From Lachnospiraceae bacterium (GTDB lineage Bacteria; Bacillota; Clostridia; Lachnospirales; Lachnospiraceae), in NCBI GenBank assembly GCA_900770785.1, contig CAAGLJ010000076.1, forward strand, positions 16,764 to 80,763: a stretch of DNA of 64,000 nucleotides. The letters run 5' to 3'. Made by a program: the position numbers and the translations under genes. The notes beneath the pieces were generated by a model. The model had not been told where the DNA came from. It did no database searches and saw nothing but the letters and a program-made list of their open reading frames with translations. The stretch's first letter is position 1. Each line of letters starts with the position of its first letter. Shown one piece after another: positions 19,593 to 29,168 of this stretch.

Positions 19593-21230
19593 ATGGCTAT
19601 AGATTTATTGAACAGCTTTTTGCAAAAAGGCCAATCCGTAGCGGCACAGGCCAAAAGTGACAGTACTCATAAGACCACTCAGGCTCCGCAAAATATGCAG
19701 ATCATGCGGGCTATACGTGCCTTGCAGGCGGGACAGACGATACAGGGAGAGGTTCTTTCTGTGAAAGGGGATGAGGTACAGCTGGCGGTTTTGAATCAGA
19801 TGATTCTGGATGCCAGACTGGAGCAGAGTATGAATCTTACCCCCGGAACCCTGATGGCCTTTCAGATTAAAAGCAATAACAGTGCAGGACTGTCCCTGAT
19901 GCCTTTATTTACGAATACGGCAGTAGATCCTAATGCTATGAAGGCTTTGGATATGGCAGGAATACCCTTAAATGACAGAACACTGGAAATGGTTCAGACC
20001 CTGATGCAAAGGGGACTTCCCATAGACCGCCAGTCTTTGCAGGAGGTTTATCGGGAGCTGGTGGCTTTTAAGGATGCCAGGCCGGCGGATATTATTTCTC
20101 TCAGACAAATGAATATGCCGGTTACAGCAGAAAATTTACAGCAATTATCGCTTTATGAAAATAACCAGCACTTTCTTTCCGATACCTTTACGGAGATTGG
20201 AAAGAGTCTGGAAAACCAGTTGGCTGACTGGATACAGTCCGGGGACCTCCAGACCGCCCGGACTTTTCTGGGGCAGCTTCGGCAGATTTTTGGAGAGGTC
20301 ATACAAAAAGAGCAGCCATTACAGACGGCACCTCCCGTACAGGAAGAGGGAAAGATGACCTTACCCCAGACAGAGGGGAAAGAAGTTCCTGTTCAGACTT
20401 TGGCAGAGGAAATACCGGTTCCTGAGAAAAATATGGTTATCAGCGAGAAGGCTTTTATCCAAAATGAAAACATCATAAAAGGGGAGCCGCAAAGTCCTAC
20501 CCAAGACAGGACAGCGGAGGGAAAAGAGCCGACTGTCCTTCAAAATAACAGCTGGGACAGATTATTAAATCTGCTCTCCCAGCCCAGGTCAGCTTCCAAG
20601 ACAGTAGCAACATTCCACAAACTTTGGGAGCAGGAAATTAAGCCACAGCTGATGCTGGAGCCGGAACAGGTAATGGAAAAGGAAATGGTACAGGAATTTT
20701 ACGAAAGGCTGTCCCGGCAGGTACAGCAGCTGGAATCCCTGGCAAATGAACATACCGGCTCTGCTGCACCCTTAGCCAAAGCGGTTCAGAATACCGCAGC
20801 CAATCTGGATTTTATGAATCAGATGAATCAGCTTCATGCCTATATTCAGCTGCCTTTAAAGCTGGCAAACCAGGAAGCAAAAGGAGAACTGTATGTGTTT
20901 ACCAATAAACGGTCTATGGCCCGGGAAGAGGGCAGAGTAACCGCCCTGCTGCATCTGGATATGGAGCATTTGGGAAGTATGGATATTTTTGTGGCACTGG
21001 AGAATCAGAAGGTAAGTACCCAGTTTTACCTGGAAAGAGAAGAATATCTGAACTTTTTGGAACAGCATATGGACAAGCTCACCAGCCGCCTGAATAAACG
21101 CGGTTATGAATGTAGTATGAAAACCTGTCTCAGACAGGAGGGAGAAGAAAGGTCGGTAGTGGAGCAGATTATTACCGGGCAGAGTCAGCCGGTTTTATTG
21201 TCCACACAGGCCTTCGATATGAGGGCATAG
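19593..21230 (+). CDS. YlqG-like hypothetical protein with Gln-rich middle region and FliK-like (hook-length-control-like) C-terminal domain
   Basis: Position between rnhB and the FlhB C-domain homolog mirrors B. subtilis rnhB-ylqG-ylqH. No enzymatic motifs. The C-terminal 120 aa resemble the FliK C-terminal fold. Confidence 0.5.
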   Translation: MAIDLLNSFLQKGQSVAAQAKSDSTHKTTQAPQNMQIMRAIRALQAGQTIQGEVLSVKGDEVQLAVLNQMILDARLEQSMNLTPGTLMAFQIKSNNSAGLSLMPLFTNTAVDPNAMKALDMAGIPLNDRTLEMVQTLMQRGLPIDRQSLQEVYRELVAFKDARPADIISLRQMNMPVTAENLQQLSLYENNQHFLSDTFTEIGKSLENQLADWIQSGDLQTARTFLGQLRQIFGEVIQKEQPLQTAPPVQEEGKMTLPQTEGKEVPVQTLAEEIPVPEKNMVISEKAFIQNENIIKGEPQSPTQDRTAEGKEPTVLQNNSWDRLLNLLSQPRSASKTVATFHKLWEQEIKPQLMLEPEQVMEKEMVQEFYERLSRQVQQLESLANEHTGSAAPLAKAVQNTAANLDFMNQMNQLHAYIQLPLKLANQEAKGELYVFTNKRSMAREEGRVTALLHLDMEHLGSMDIFVALENQKVSTQFYLEREEYLNFLEQHMDKLTSRLNKRGYECSMKTCLRQEGEERSVVEQIITGQSQPVLLSTQAFDMRA

Positions 21231-21236
21231 AGGATA

Positions 21237-21599
21237 GTGAGAGGAAGAATGGAAAAAAAGGAAAAATTAAAGCAGGCCATAGCCCTGGAATATGATCCTG
21301 CGGAGGATGCCCCCAAGATTATTGCCTCGGGAAGAGGACTCCTTGCAGAGAGAATCATTGAAAGGGCCAAAGAGGCCAGTGTTCCCATTCATCAGGATGA
21401 TCAGCTGGCCAACACCCTTTCCCGTCTGGATATCGGAGATATGATTCCGCCACAGCTGTATGAAGTGGTTGCAGAAATTCTGGTTTTCGTAGATGCTATG
21501 GATAAAATCAGAAGCAAAGGCTTTGATACCAGACCGTCCAAAGACCCTTCACCGGGTAAAGGACAAAACCGTTCCCGGGGAAGAACGGGAAAACTTTAG
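21237..21599 (+). CDS. FlhB C-terminal domain homolog (YlqH/EscU-YscU family small protein)
   Basis: ALEYDPAEDAPKIIASGRGLLAERIIERAKEASVPIHQDDQLA...IPPQLYEVVAEILVFV matches the FlhB/EscU autocleavage domain, with the NPTH site replaced. Confidence 0.7.
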   Translation: MRGRMEKKEKLKQAIALEYDPAEDAPKIIASGRGLLAERIIERAKEASVPIHQDDQLANTLSRLDIGDMIPPQLYEVVAEILVFVDAMDKIRSKGFDTRPSKDPSPGKGQNRSRGRTGKL

Positions 21600-21635
21600 C
21601 CGTTATAAAGAAGGCCGGAAGAGAGGCAAAAGCAG

Positions 21636-21989
21636 ATGAATAGACGAAAGCTGGGCTTCTCCTATGAGAAAATTGCCTGTCAGTATCTTGAGGAACAGGG
21701 CTTAAAGATTTTGGAAATGAATTATCATATTCGCCAGGGAGAAGTGGATATTATTGCCAGAGAAGGGAATGTACTGGTCTTTCTTGAGGTAAAATACAGA
21801 AGGGATGAGCGTTATGGGCATCCTGCGGAGGCGGTTACTCCAGCCAAACAAAAGAAGATATGTCTGGTGGCAAAACACTATTGCTACAACAGACATTTCG
21901 ATGGAGCAGTAAGATTCGATCTGGTCAGTCTTTGCGGTGAGGAAATTATCTGGTATAGGGATGCATTTCCCTATACAGGGGATGATTAA
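21636..21989 (+). CDS. YraN family (UPF0102) endonuclease-like protein
   Basis: 117 aa, YLEEQGLKILEMNYHIRQGEVDIIAREGNVLVFLEVKYR is a typical YraN/PD-(D/E)xK-like core. Confidence 0.8.
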   Translation: MNRRKLGFSYEKIACQYLEEQGLKILEMNYHIRQGEVDIIAREGNVLVFLEVKYRRDERYGHPAEAVTPAKQKKICLVAKHYCYNRHFDGAVRFDLVSLCGEEIIWYRDAFPYTGDD

Positions 21990-22054
21990 GCAGAAGACTA
22001 TGCCGGAAGACAATATGTTTTTTCAGTGTAAAAGGCTTTGAAATGGAGGTAGGA

Positions 22055-22897
22055 ATGAAGATAGCAAAGGGGCAAAGGATGCTTCCCCAGTCCCGAACAC
22101 AGGGGGAGACAGAGTATTTGATTTTTCCGAAACTGGAAAAGACCAAAGTGGTGGAGCACCTTTTTTCCACACGATTGGGCGGTGTCAGTAAGGAGCATTT
22201 AAGCTCCATGAATTTAAGCTTTACCCGGGGAGACCGGGAAGAATATGTGAGGGAAAATTATCGTCGGATAGCTGCTGTACTTAACTGCCAAGTCGACGAT
22301 TTTGTTTTTTCTCACCAGACCCATACCACAAATGTAAGAGTCGTAACCTCTCAGGATAAGGGAAAGGGACTGACAAAGCCTTTGGATTATCAGGATGTGG
22401 ACGGTCTGGTAACAAAGGAAGAAGGGCTGGTGCTTTCCACTTTTTATGCAGACTGTGTGCCCCTGTTTTTCGTAGACCCTGCAGCCAGAGTAATCGGCCT
22501 AAGCCATTCCGGCTGGCGGGGGACGGTAGGACGCATAGGGGCAAAAACCATAGAGCTGATGGTAGAGCAGGGAGCAGACCGAAAGAATATACGGGCAGCT
22601 ATCGGCCCTTCTATCTGCCAAAGCTGCTATGAGGTTGGTGAAGATGTAGCCCAGTCTTTTATGACGCAGTTTGGAGGGCAGGAAGAAGAAATTCTTGTAT
22701 CTAAGGGGAAGGGGAAATACCTGCTGGATCTTTGGAAGGCCAATAAGATTGTGTTGGATGAAGCAGGGATATTGCCTGAACACATGGAAATAACCAATCT
22801 CTGTACCTGCTGTAATCCCCAGTATCTGTTTTCCCACAGGGCAAGTAAGGGGATGAGGGGCAATATGGGAGCCTTTTTGAAATTAAAAAAATCTTAA
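22055..22897 (+). CDS. pgeF: peptidoglycan editing factor PgeF / YfiH (DUF152 laccase-domain purine nucleoside-processing enzyme)
   Basis: LFSTRLGGVS, HQTHTTNV, YADCVPL, CQSCYEV, His/Cys ligand set of the YfiH family. ATG 22055 has a GGAGG RBS. Confidence 0.8.
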   Translation: MKIAKGQRMLPQSRTQGETEYLIFPKLEKTKVVEHLFSTRLGGVSKEHLSSMNLSFTRGDREEYVRENYRRIAAVLNCQVDDFVFSHQTHTTNVRVVTSQDKGKGLTKPLDYQDVDGLVTKEEGLVLSTFYADCVPLFFVDPAARVIGLSHSGWRGTVGRIGAKTIELMVEQGADRKNIRAAIGPSICQSCYEVGEDVAQSFMTQFGGQEEEILVSKGKGKYLLDLWKANKIVLDEAGILPEHMEITNLCTCCNPQYLFSHRASKGMRGNMGAFLKLKKS

Positions 22898-23005
22898 TAT
22901 TTGTAATCCCTTTCTCTTAAAGAAGGGGGGATACAATAAAGAGGAATGAAGGAAAAGATAAGAGTGGGAAAAACGTACAAATCTATTCATAAAAGAGGAT
23001 AAAAC

Positions 23006-23698
23006 ATGAACAGAATTCTGGTATGTGATGATGAGAGAGAAATTGTAGATGCTATTGAGATTTATCTGCTGCAGGAAGGATATCAGGTAGTAAAAGCCTA
23101 TAATGGCGAAGAAGCACTGGAAATTTTGAAAAAGGAAGAGATACATCTTTTGATCATGGATATTATGATGCCCGGGCTGGATGGAATTCGCACCACCATG
23201 AAGATTCGTGAAAACAGCAGTATTCCTATTATTTTTCTGTCTGCCAAATCCCAGGATGCAGATAAAATACTGGGTCTCAATATCGGTGCGGATGATTATA
23301 TTACCAAGCCCTTTAATCCTCTGGAGCTGGTAGCCAGAGCAAAGTCACAGTTAAGGCGCTATACTCAGCTGGGTAATCTGGCGGTAGAGAATAAGCAGAT
23401 TTATCAGGCAGGGGGGCTTGTGATTAATGATGATACCAAAGAGGTTACAGTGGATGGCGAAGGGGTAAAGCTTACACCCATTGAGTATAATATTCTTCTT
23501 TTACTGGTGAAGAATCAGGGAAGGGTATTTTCCATTCAGCAGATTTATGAAAACATATGGGAAGAAGAAGCCATAGGAGCGGATAATACGGTGGCAGTAC
23601 ATATTCGGCATATTCGTGAAAAAATTGAGATAAATCCCAGGGAGCCCCGTTATCTTAAGGTAGTATGGGGAGTTGGATACAAAATAGAGAAGCAGTAG
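23006..23698 (+). CDS. OmpR-family response regulator
   Basis: Receiver domain (ILVCDDE...DIMMPGLDG...SAKS) plus winged-helix trans_reg_C. Confidence 0.9.
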   Translation: MNRILVCDDEREIVDAIEIYLLQEGYQVVKAYNGEEALEILKKEEIHLLIMDIMMPGLDGIRTTMKIRENSSIPIIFLSAKSQDADKILGLNIGADDYITKPFNPLELVARAKSQLRRYTQLGNLAVENKQIYQAGGLVINDDTKEVTVDGEGVKLTPIEYNILLLLVKNQGRVFSIQQIYENIWEEEAIGADNTVAVHIRHIREKIEINPREPRYLKVVWGVGYKIEKQ

Positions 23699-23716
23699 AG
23701 GAAAGGTTTGGAAGTG

Positions 23717-26209
23717 ATGAGGAAAAAGAGTTTAAGCAGCAAAAAAAGAGAGTTTCTTTTGTTTTTGGAAAGGATACTGGTGGTGCTGATGGCAGTCAGT
23801 ATGTCGGTTGTTTTTGTGAATTCCTTTCTCACCATTTCTACATCCTATGGAACCGATTATCACTACACAGTATCCCTGCTGGAGAGGGAAAGGGAGTTTG
23901 AGGACAAAAGTATTTTCCAGACACTGGCAAAGGGAAACATGGAGCAGATTACCCGATATGTGGTGATCCGGCATCAGCTGGAAACCAACGGGAAATATGA
24001 TCCTCATAAGGTGATTGACATTGCAGAATTTGCCAATCGCTCAGACACTGTCGTTAAGGAACAGCCTACCGCCAGATTTTATCTGGATGATTTGATTAAA
24101 TGGGGCAATTACGGTTTTACCTACAATAAAGTCATTGGCAGCTGGAGCGAGTTGAACAGACTGTTTGCCGGCAACAAAGCTGTCTATACGAAAGAAACCT
24201 TACCGGGAGTGGAAGAGTATAATGGGGGCAGTGAGGAGAATGCCTTTTCGTTGGGACTTGAGCATACGGAGGATGAACAGTATGCCATGGAACTTCTGGT
24301 TTCACGTTATAAAACGGTGGATGGAAAGGATTTGATGCAGTGTGCCACAAATGTGGAGGAATATGAAGAACTGAAGGATAGCCTGATTCTGTCAGCCAAA
24401 AGTCTTTTTAATAACTATACAGAGTATATGAAGATGCAGCAGCAGTATGCACAGGGTAATACCAATATGGGCTATTGTTTTCGGATTCAGGGAGAGAAGG
24501 GGCTGATATATTATACCAGCAGCGATTTGGATTTGGCCAATAAAACGGTTGATGATATTACTGCCGGCATCAAAGAACTGGGAGGAAAATTTCTCTATTT
24601 TAATCCGGACAAGCTGCAGATTAATACTAACATGAATTTTACGGCTGCACAGATTAGAAATATCATGAAAGAATATGAGTATTCTTTTGGCGATAACACC
24701 AGAGTCTGGTTTTGGATAGATACAGACTACCCCGTGCAGGATGACTTTTATTATGCCAGAGAGACCCTGAACCGCTTTCTTCCCTATTTTTGGATATTAA
24801 CTGCCTGTGGAGCCGGAGCCTTTGTGCTGTCAATACTTATTCTGGTATATCTTGGTTATAAGGAGGGAAGAAAAGCAGGAGGGGACAAAGAAACAGGCTG
24901 GGTAATTTTAAAACAGGACAGGCTGTATCTGGAGATATGGGCATTACTGGTGCTTATTCCCCAAGTTGGTCTGCTTCGTCTCTCCCTGAGTCTGATGGGG
25001 GGCTATAGGGCCGGGACAATCAGTTATAACTGGCTGCCGGTAGCATTTGGTCTGTTTGCCTTTATTATAAATGAATGTGGAATACGATTCTATTTCAGTC
25101 TCCTGCGGCGAATTAAAGCAAGGGCAGTATGGAGGACAACCCTTCTTTACAAAATCATAGTGGAAGGAAAGAGATTCATACTCAGAACCTGTGATAATGG
25201 AAGTCTGGTAGCCAGAACCTGGATTCCCTACCTTATTTTTCTTATGATAAACCTGATTCTTGTACTTCTTGGCGTAGGCGGTGTGATTGGTGCATTCATA
25301 CTGGATATGCTGGTGGGAATCTATCTTTATCGCAATAGCAGTGATCGGGAAAAGATTATTCAAGGCATTGAAATGATAAAAGACGGAAAAGTCAGGCACC
25401 GGATTGATACTACCCATTTGCATGGGGAAAATCTCAAGCTGGCAAACTCGGTAAACAGCATTGGAACGGGAATTCATAAGGCTGTGGAAACCAGCATGAA
25501 GGATGAAAAGCTGAAAACGGATTTGATCACGAATGTATCTCATGACATTAAAACTCCTCTGACTTCCATTATTACGTATGTAGATCTGTTGAAGAGAGAG
25601 AATATTTCAGACGGCAGGATAGCTTCTTATTTGGATATCCTTGACAATAAATCACAGCGCTTGAAGCAGCTGATTGATGATTTGGTGGAGGCCTCTAAAA
25701 TTTCTTCCGGCAATATCAGTATCCAGTTGGAAACCATTGATTTTGTGGAGCTGGTACGACAGGCTTTAGGAGAATTCTGTGAGAAATTTGAGGACAGACA
25801 GCTTCAGGTGGTGACGAGACTTCCTGACAGTCCCATGCTTGCTCAGGCTGACAGCAGCCAGCTATGGAGAGTGTTGGAGAATCTTTTCCAGAATATTTCC
25901 AAATATGCTATGGTGGGTACCAGGGTCTATGTGGAAATGGAGGAGATTGAAGAGGAAAAAGAAAAAAAGGTCAGATTTTCCGCTAAGAATATTTCTGACC
26001 GCTTCCTGGAAGTACAGGCAGAAGAGCTGACGGAACGTTTTATTCGGGGGGATCAATCCCGACAGACGGAGGGCAGTGGTCTGGGGCTGTCTATTGCCAA
26101 GAACCTGATAGAAGCCCAGGGAGGCAGGTTTGAGATTCAGGTAGATGGAGATCTGTTTAAGGCAATCATTACCTTTCCATTAGAAGAGTGTGAAAAGAAA
26201 TCTGAATAA
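23717..26209 (+). CDS. sensor histidine kinase with about 340-aa extracytoplasmic domain and multi-TM region
   Basis: HisKA H-box SHDIKTPLTSI, HATPase_c N, G1 and G2 boxes. N-terminal TM segment and a large periplasmic-type domain before further TM helices. Confidence 0.85.
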   Translation: MRKKSLSSKKREFLLFLERILVVLMAVSMSVVFVNSFLTISTSYGTDYHYTVSLLEREREFEDKSIFQTLAKGNMEQITRYVVIRHQLETNGKYDPHKVIDIAEFANRSDTVVKEQPTARFYLDDLIKWGNYGFTYNKVIGSWSELNRLFAGNKAVYTKETLPGVEEYNGGSEENAFSLGLEHTEDEQYAMELLVSRYKTVDGKDLMQCATNVEEYEELKDSLILSAKSLFNNYTEYMKMQQQYAQGNTNMGYCFRIQGEKGLIYYTSSDLDLANKTVDDITAGIKELGGKFLYFNPDKLQINTNMNFTAAQIRNIMKEYEYSFGDNTRVWFWIDTDYPVQDDFYYARETLNRFLPYFWILTACGAGAFVLSILILVYLGYKEGRKAGGDKETGWVILKQDRLYLEIWALLVLIPQVGLLRLSLSLMGGYRAGTISYNWLPVAFGLFAFIINECGIRFYFSLLRRIKARAVWRTTLLYKIIVEGKRFILRTCDNGSLVARTWIPYLIFLMINLILVLLGVGGVIGAFILDMLVGIYLYRNSSDREKIIQGIEMIKDGKVRHRIDTTHLHGENLKLANSVNSIGTGIHKAVETSMKDEKLKTDLITNVSHDIKTPLTSIITYVDLLKRENISDGRIASYLDILDNKSQRLKQLIDDLVEASKISSGNISIQLETIDFVELVRQALGEFCEKFEDRQLQVVTRLPDSPMLAQADSSQLWRVLENLFQNISKYAMVGTRVYVEMEEIEEEKEKKVRFSAKNISDRFLEVQAEELTERFIRGDQSRQTEGSGLGLSIAKNLIEAQGGRFEIQVDGDLFKAIITFPLEECEKKSE

Positions 26210-26239
26210 AGAATATCCTACAGCATCCTGAATTCATGT

Positions 26240-26268
26240 GGAGAATACCCGGAATACGGGTATTCTCC
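26240..26268. terminator. bidirectional terminator between the convergent HK and prs-like genes
   Basis: Perfect 12-bp inverted repeat GGAGAATACCCG-gaata-CGGGTATTCTCC. Confidence 0.7.
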
Positions 26269-26348
26269 GGCGTGATTTCGATATATTTTAAGCATATGCC
26301 TTTAAACTTTCCGGGGAAGTACTTTCTGGTACGGCCTTATAAGCTTCT

Positions 26349-27542
26349 TTACGCATCCTCATCCAGTGGCAATCTCTTGTTATAGCGATCCAGTGCCTTA
26401 CGGATTTTTTCAGCAGGGGTATAAACGTTTTCCATAGAAACGTCGTGATTCATAAAATCAATGATGGAAGCGATAAATTTGCTCATGTTCGCCTGTAAAT
26501 AGTAAGGACGTTCGTAAATTTCCGGTGGCAGATAGTTTAAATTCGTGGTAATTACCTTTTCAAAATATCCCTTTTCATAGGCTTCATCAAAAGCCTCCAG
26601 TCCGTTGGTAAACAGACCGAAGGTACAGCAGATAAATACCCGGTTTGCACGCATTTCCTTTAATTGCCTTGCGGTATCAATCATACTTTCTCCGGAAGAA
26701 ATCATATCGTCCAGAATAATTACGTCCTTACCTTCCAGGTTGTCCCCCAAAAATTCGTGGGAGATAATGGGATTTTTGCCATTGACGATGGTGGTATAAT
26801 CCCTGCGTTTATAGAACATTCCCGTATTTACGCCTAAAACGTTGGCAAAGAAAACGGTACGGTTCAATGCACCCTCATCAGGACTGATGACCACAAGGTG
26901 ATCCTTGTCAATAATCAGATCCTTTTCCTTATTCAACAGGCCACGAATAAACTGATAGGGGGTAATATAGTTATCAAAGCCCTTTAAGGGAATGGCATTA
27001 CATACCCTGGGGTCATGGGCATCAAAGGTGATAAAGTTGTTGATTCCCATAGAATAAAGCTCTTCCAGCATAAATGCACAGTCCAAAGATTCACGATTAG
27101 AACGTTTATGCTGCCTTCCTTCATAGAGAAAGGGCATAATGACGTTAATCCGCTTGGCTTTTCCTGTGGCAGCGGCAATAATTCGTTTCAAATCCTGATA
27201 GTGGTCATCAGGAGATTTGTGGTTGGTATAGCCGTTAATGGTATAGGTGACACTGTGATTGCAAACATCTACCAGAATATATAAGTCTTTACCGCGAATA
27301 GATTCATAGAATATTCCTTTTGCCTCACCACTCCCGAAACGGGGGCAGTCTGCCTGAGTCAGATAGGAATCTTCGGTGTAGCCTTCCCAGGAAGGGGTAT
27401 TTTTAAAGGTATTCTTAAGATGCTTACGAAATTCAACCAGATAGGAATTTATTTCATCTCCAAGCTCTTTGGCAGAATCCATAACCACCAGCTTTAAGGG
27501 AGCAACGGGTAATTTGTTCTCCAACATGTGTAAATTAGGCAT
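26349..27542 (-). CDS. ribose-phosphate pyrophosphokinase family protein, long form (about 397 aa) with an inserted segment in the N-terminal domain
   Basis: PRTase fold with the PRPP-binding loop VIILDDMISSGESM, flexible-loop region and the N-terminal prs domain. It is longer than canonical Prs (about 315 aa). Confidence 0.75.
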   Translation of the reverse strand: MPNLHMLENKLPVAPLKLVVMDSAKELGDEINSYLVEFRKHLKNTFKNTPSWEGYTEDSYLTQADCPRFGSGEAKGIFYESIRGKDLYILVDVCNHSVTYTINGYTNHKSPDDHYQDLKRIIAAATGKAKRINVIMPFLYEGRQHKRSNRESLDCAFMLEELYSMGINNFITFDAHDPRVCNAIPLKGFDNYITPYQFIRGLLNKEKDLIIDKDHLVVISPDEGALNRTVFFANVLGVNTGMFYKRRDYTTIVNGKNPIISHEFLGDNLEGKDVIILDDMISSGESMIDTARQLKEMRANRVFICCTFGLFTNGLEAFDEAYEKGYFEKVITTNLNYLPPEIYERPYYLQANMSKFIASIIDFMNHDVSMENVYTPAEKIRKALDRYNKRLPLDEDA

Positions 27543-27583
27543 AGTAAACCTCCATAGGGTCTGTCTGAAACTTTTTCACTATT

Positions 27584-27612
27584 ACTATAAACTTGAAGGT
27601 CTGTAGTGTCAA
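27584..27612 (-). promoter_or_regulatory. sigma-A promoter of the prs-like gene (minus strand TTGACA, 17 nt, TATAGT)
   Basis: The reverse complement reads TTGACActacagaccttcaagttTATAGT, about 45 nt upstream of the GGAGG RBS and ATG. Confidence 0.5.
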
Positions 27613-27709
27613 GATTAAGGTGACAGGATTCGTCTTTTCGAGTAGAATTAGGATTAGTGGAAAAAATGGGGGCAGAAACAGAGGATGCCCTTAGAAAGTG
27701 AGAAGATAA

Positions 27710-29131
27710 GTGAAAAAGCATGAGCATAGAGTGACACAGATTTTAGAAGGAAGCATTGCCCAGGAGATGGGAATTGAAGCAGGAGACGTACTGCTGGCGA
27801 TAAATGACAGACAGGTTCAGGATATCTTTGATTATCAATATCTGGTTGAGGATAGCTATGTGGAGGTTCTGATCCGTAAGCCGGACGGAGAAGAGTGGCT
27901 TCTGGAAATCGACAAGGATGCGGATGAAGACCTGGGGATGAGCTTTGAGCAGGGATTGATGGATGAATACCGGACCTGTACCAATAAATGTATTTTCTGC
28001 TTCATAGACCAGATGCCGCCGGGAATGCGGGATACATTATATTTTAAGGATGATGATTCCCGGCTTTCTTTTTTACAGGGAAATTATATTACACTGACGA
28101 ATATGTCAGAGGATGATGTAGAGAGAATTATCAAGTACCATTTGGCCCCCATCAATATTTCCTTTCAGACCACCAACCCGGAGCTCAGAAAGCTGATGCT
28201 GAAAAATCGCTTTGCAGGAGATGCCCTGAAAAAAGTGGACCGTTTTTTTGAAGAGAGAATTGAAATGAATGGTCAGATTGTACTTTGCAAAGGGATTAAC
28301 GATGGAAAAGAGCTGGAAAGAAGTATAGGGGATTTGTTCAGGTATCTTCCGCATTTAAGAAGTGTTTCTGTGGTGCCGGTAGGGCTGTCCAAATTCAGGG
28401 AGGGACTTTATCCATTGGAGCCTTTTACCAGAGAAGATGCCAGGGAGGTTTTGGAAATCATACACCGCTGGCAGAAAAAGGCGAAGGAAGAATTTGGCCT
28501 TCATTTTGTCCATGCCAGTGATGAATGGTATCTTCTGGCAGAAGAAGAGCTGCCCCGGGAGGATAACTATGACGGCTATTTGCAGCTGGAAAACGGAGTG
28601 GGTATGCTAAGGCTGTTTATGGATGAATTTGAAGAAGCCATGCAGGAGCTTAAGGAAAAGGCCCGAAAGAAGGCTTTCCAGGAAACAAATTTCCCCAGCG
28701 GGCAGTTGGAAAGGACAGGGAAAATAAAACTGCTGAAAAAGGAAGAGGAGATATCCGCCCTGACGGGACGTTTAAGCTATCCCATCATTAAGGCCATGGC
28801 AGACCGGCTGATGAGCGAGGTGGAGGGACTGACCATCCATGTACACGCCATTCGCAATGACTATTTTGGAGAAAGAATTACCGTCAGCGGCCTTCTGACC
28901 GGAACCGATATTATGGCCCAGGGAAAAGAACTTCCACTAGGGACAAGGCTGCTGCTTCCGGAGAATGTGCTGCGAAGCAATGAAGAGGTTCTGCTGGATG
29001 ATTATACCCTCAAGGACTTGGAAACTGCTTTACAAGTCCCTATAGATATTGTAAAATCAAGCGGATATGACTTTGTTGAAAAGGTAATGAAGCCGATAGG
29101 GCTGGCGGACGAAAAAGGAATTGCTGATTAA
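27710..29131 (+). CDS. PDZ + radical-SAM-like + DUF512 protein, the conserved gene upstream of der in Clostridia
   Basis: N-terminal PDZ (GIEAGDVLLAINDRQV), CTNKCIFC CxxxCxxC cluster, DUF512 C-terminal half. GTG start. Confidence 0.75.
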   Translation: MKKHEHRVTQILEGSIAQEMGIEAGDVLLAINDRQVQDIFDYQYLVEDSYVEVLIRKPDGEEWLLEIDKDADEDLGMSFEQGLMDEYRTCTNKCIFCFIDQMPPGMRDTLYFKDDDSRLSFLQGNYITLTNMSEDDVERIIKYHLAPINISFQTTNPELRKLMLKNRFAGDALKKVDRFFEERIEMNGQIVLCKGINDGKELERSIGDLFRYLPHLRSVSVVPVGLSKFREGLYPLEPFTREDAREVLEIIHRWQKKAKEEFGLHFVHASDEWYLLAEEELPREDNYDGYLQLENGVGMLRLFMDEFEEAMQELKEKARKKAFQETNFPSGQLERTGKIKLLKKEEEISALTGRLSYPIIKAMADRLMSEVEGLTIHVHAIRNDYFGERITVSGLLTGTDIMAQGKELPLGTRLLLPENVLRSNEEVLLDDYTLKDLETALQVPIDIVKSSGYDFVEKVMKPIGLADEKGIAD

Positions 29132-29168
29132 AGTGATGAAATAGATAGAGAAGCAAAATGGAGGAAGT

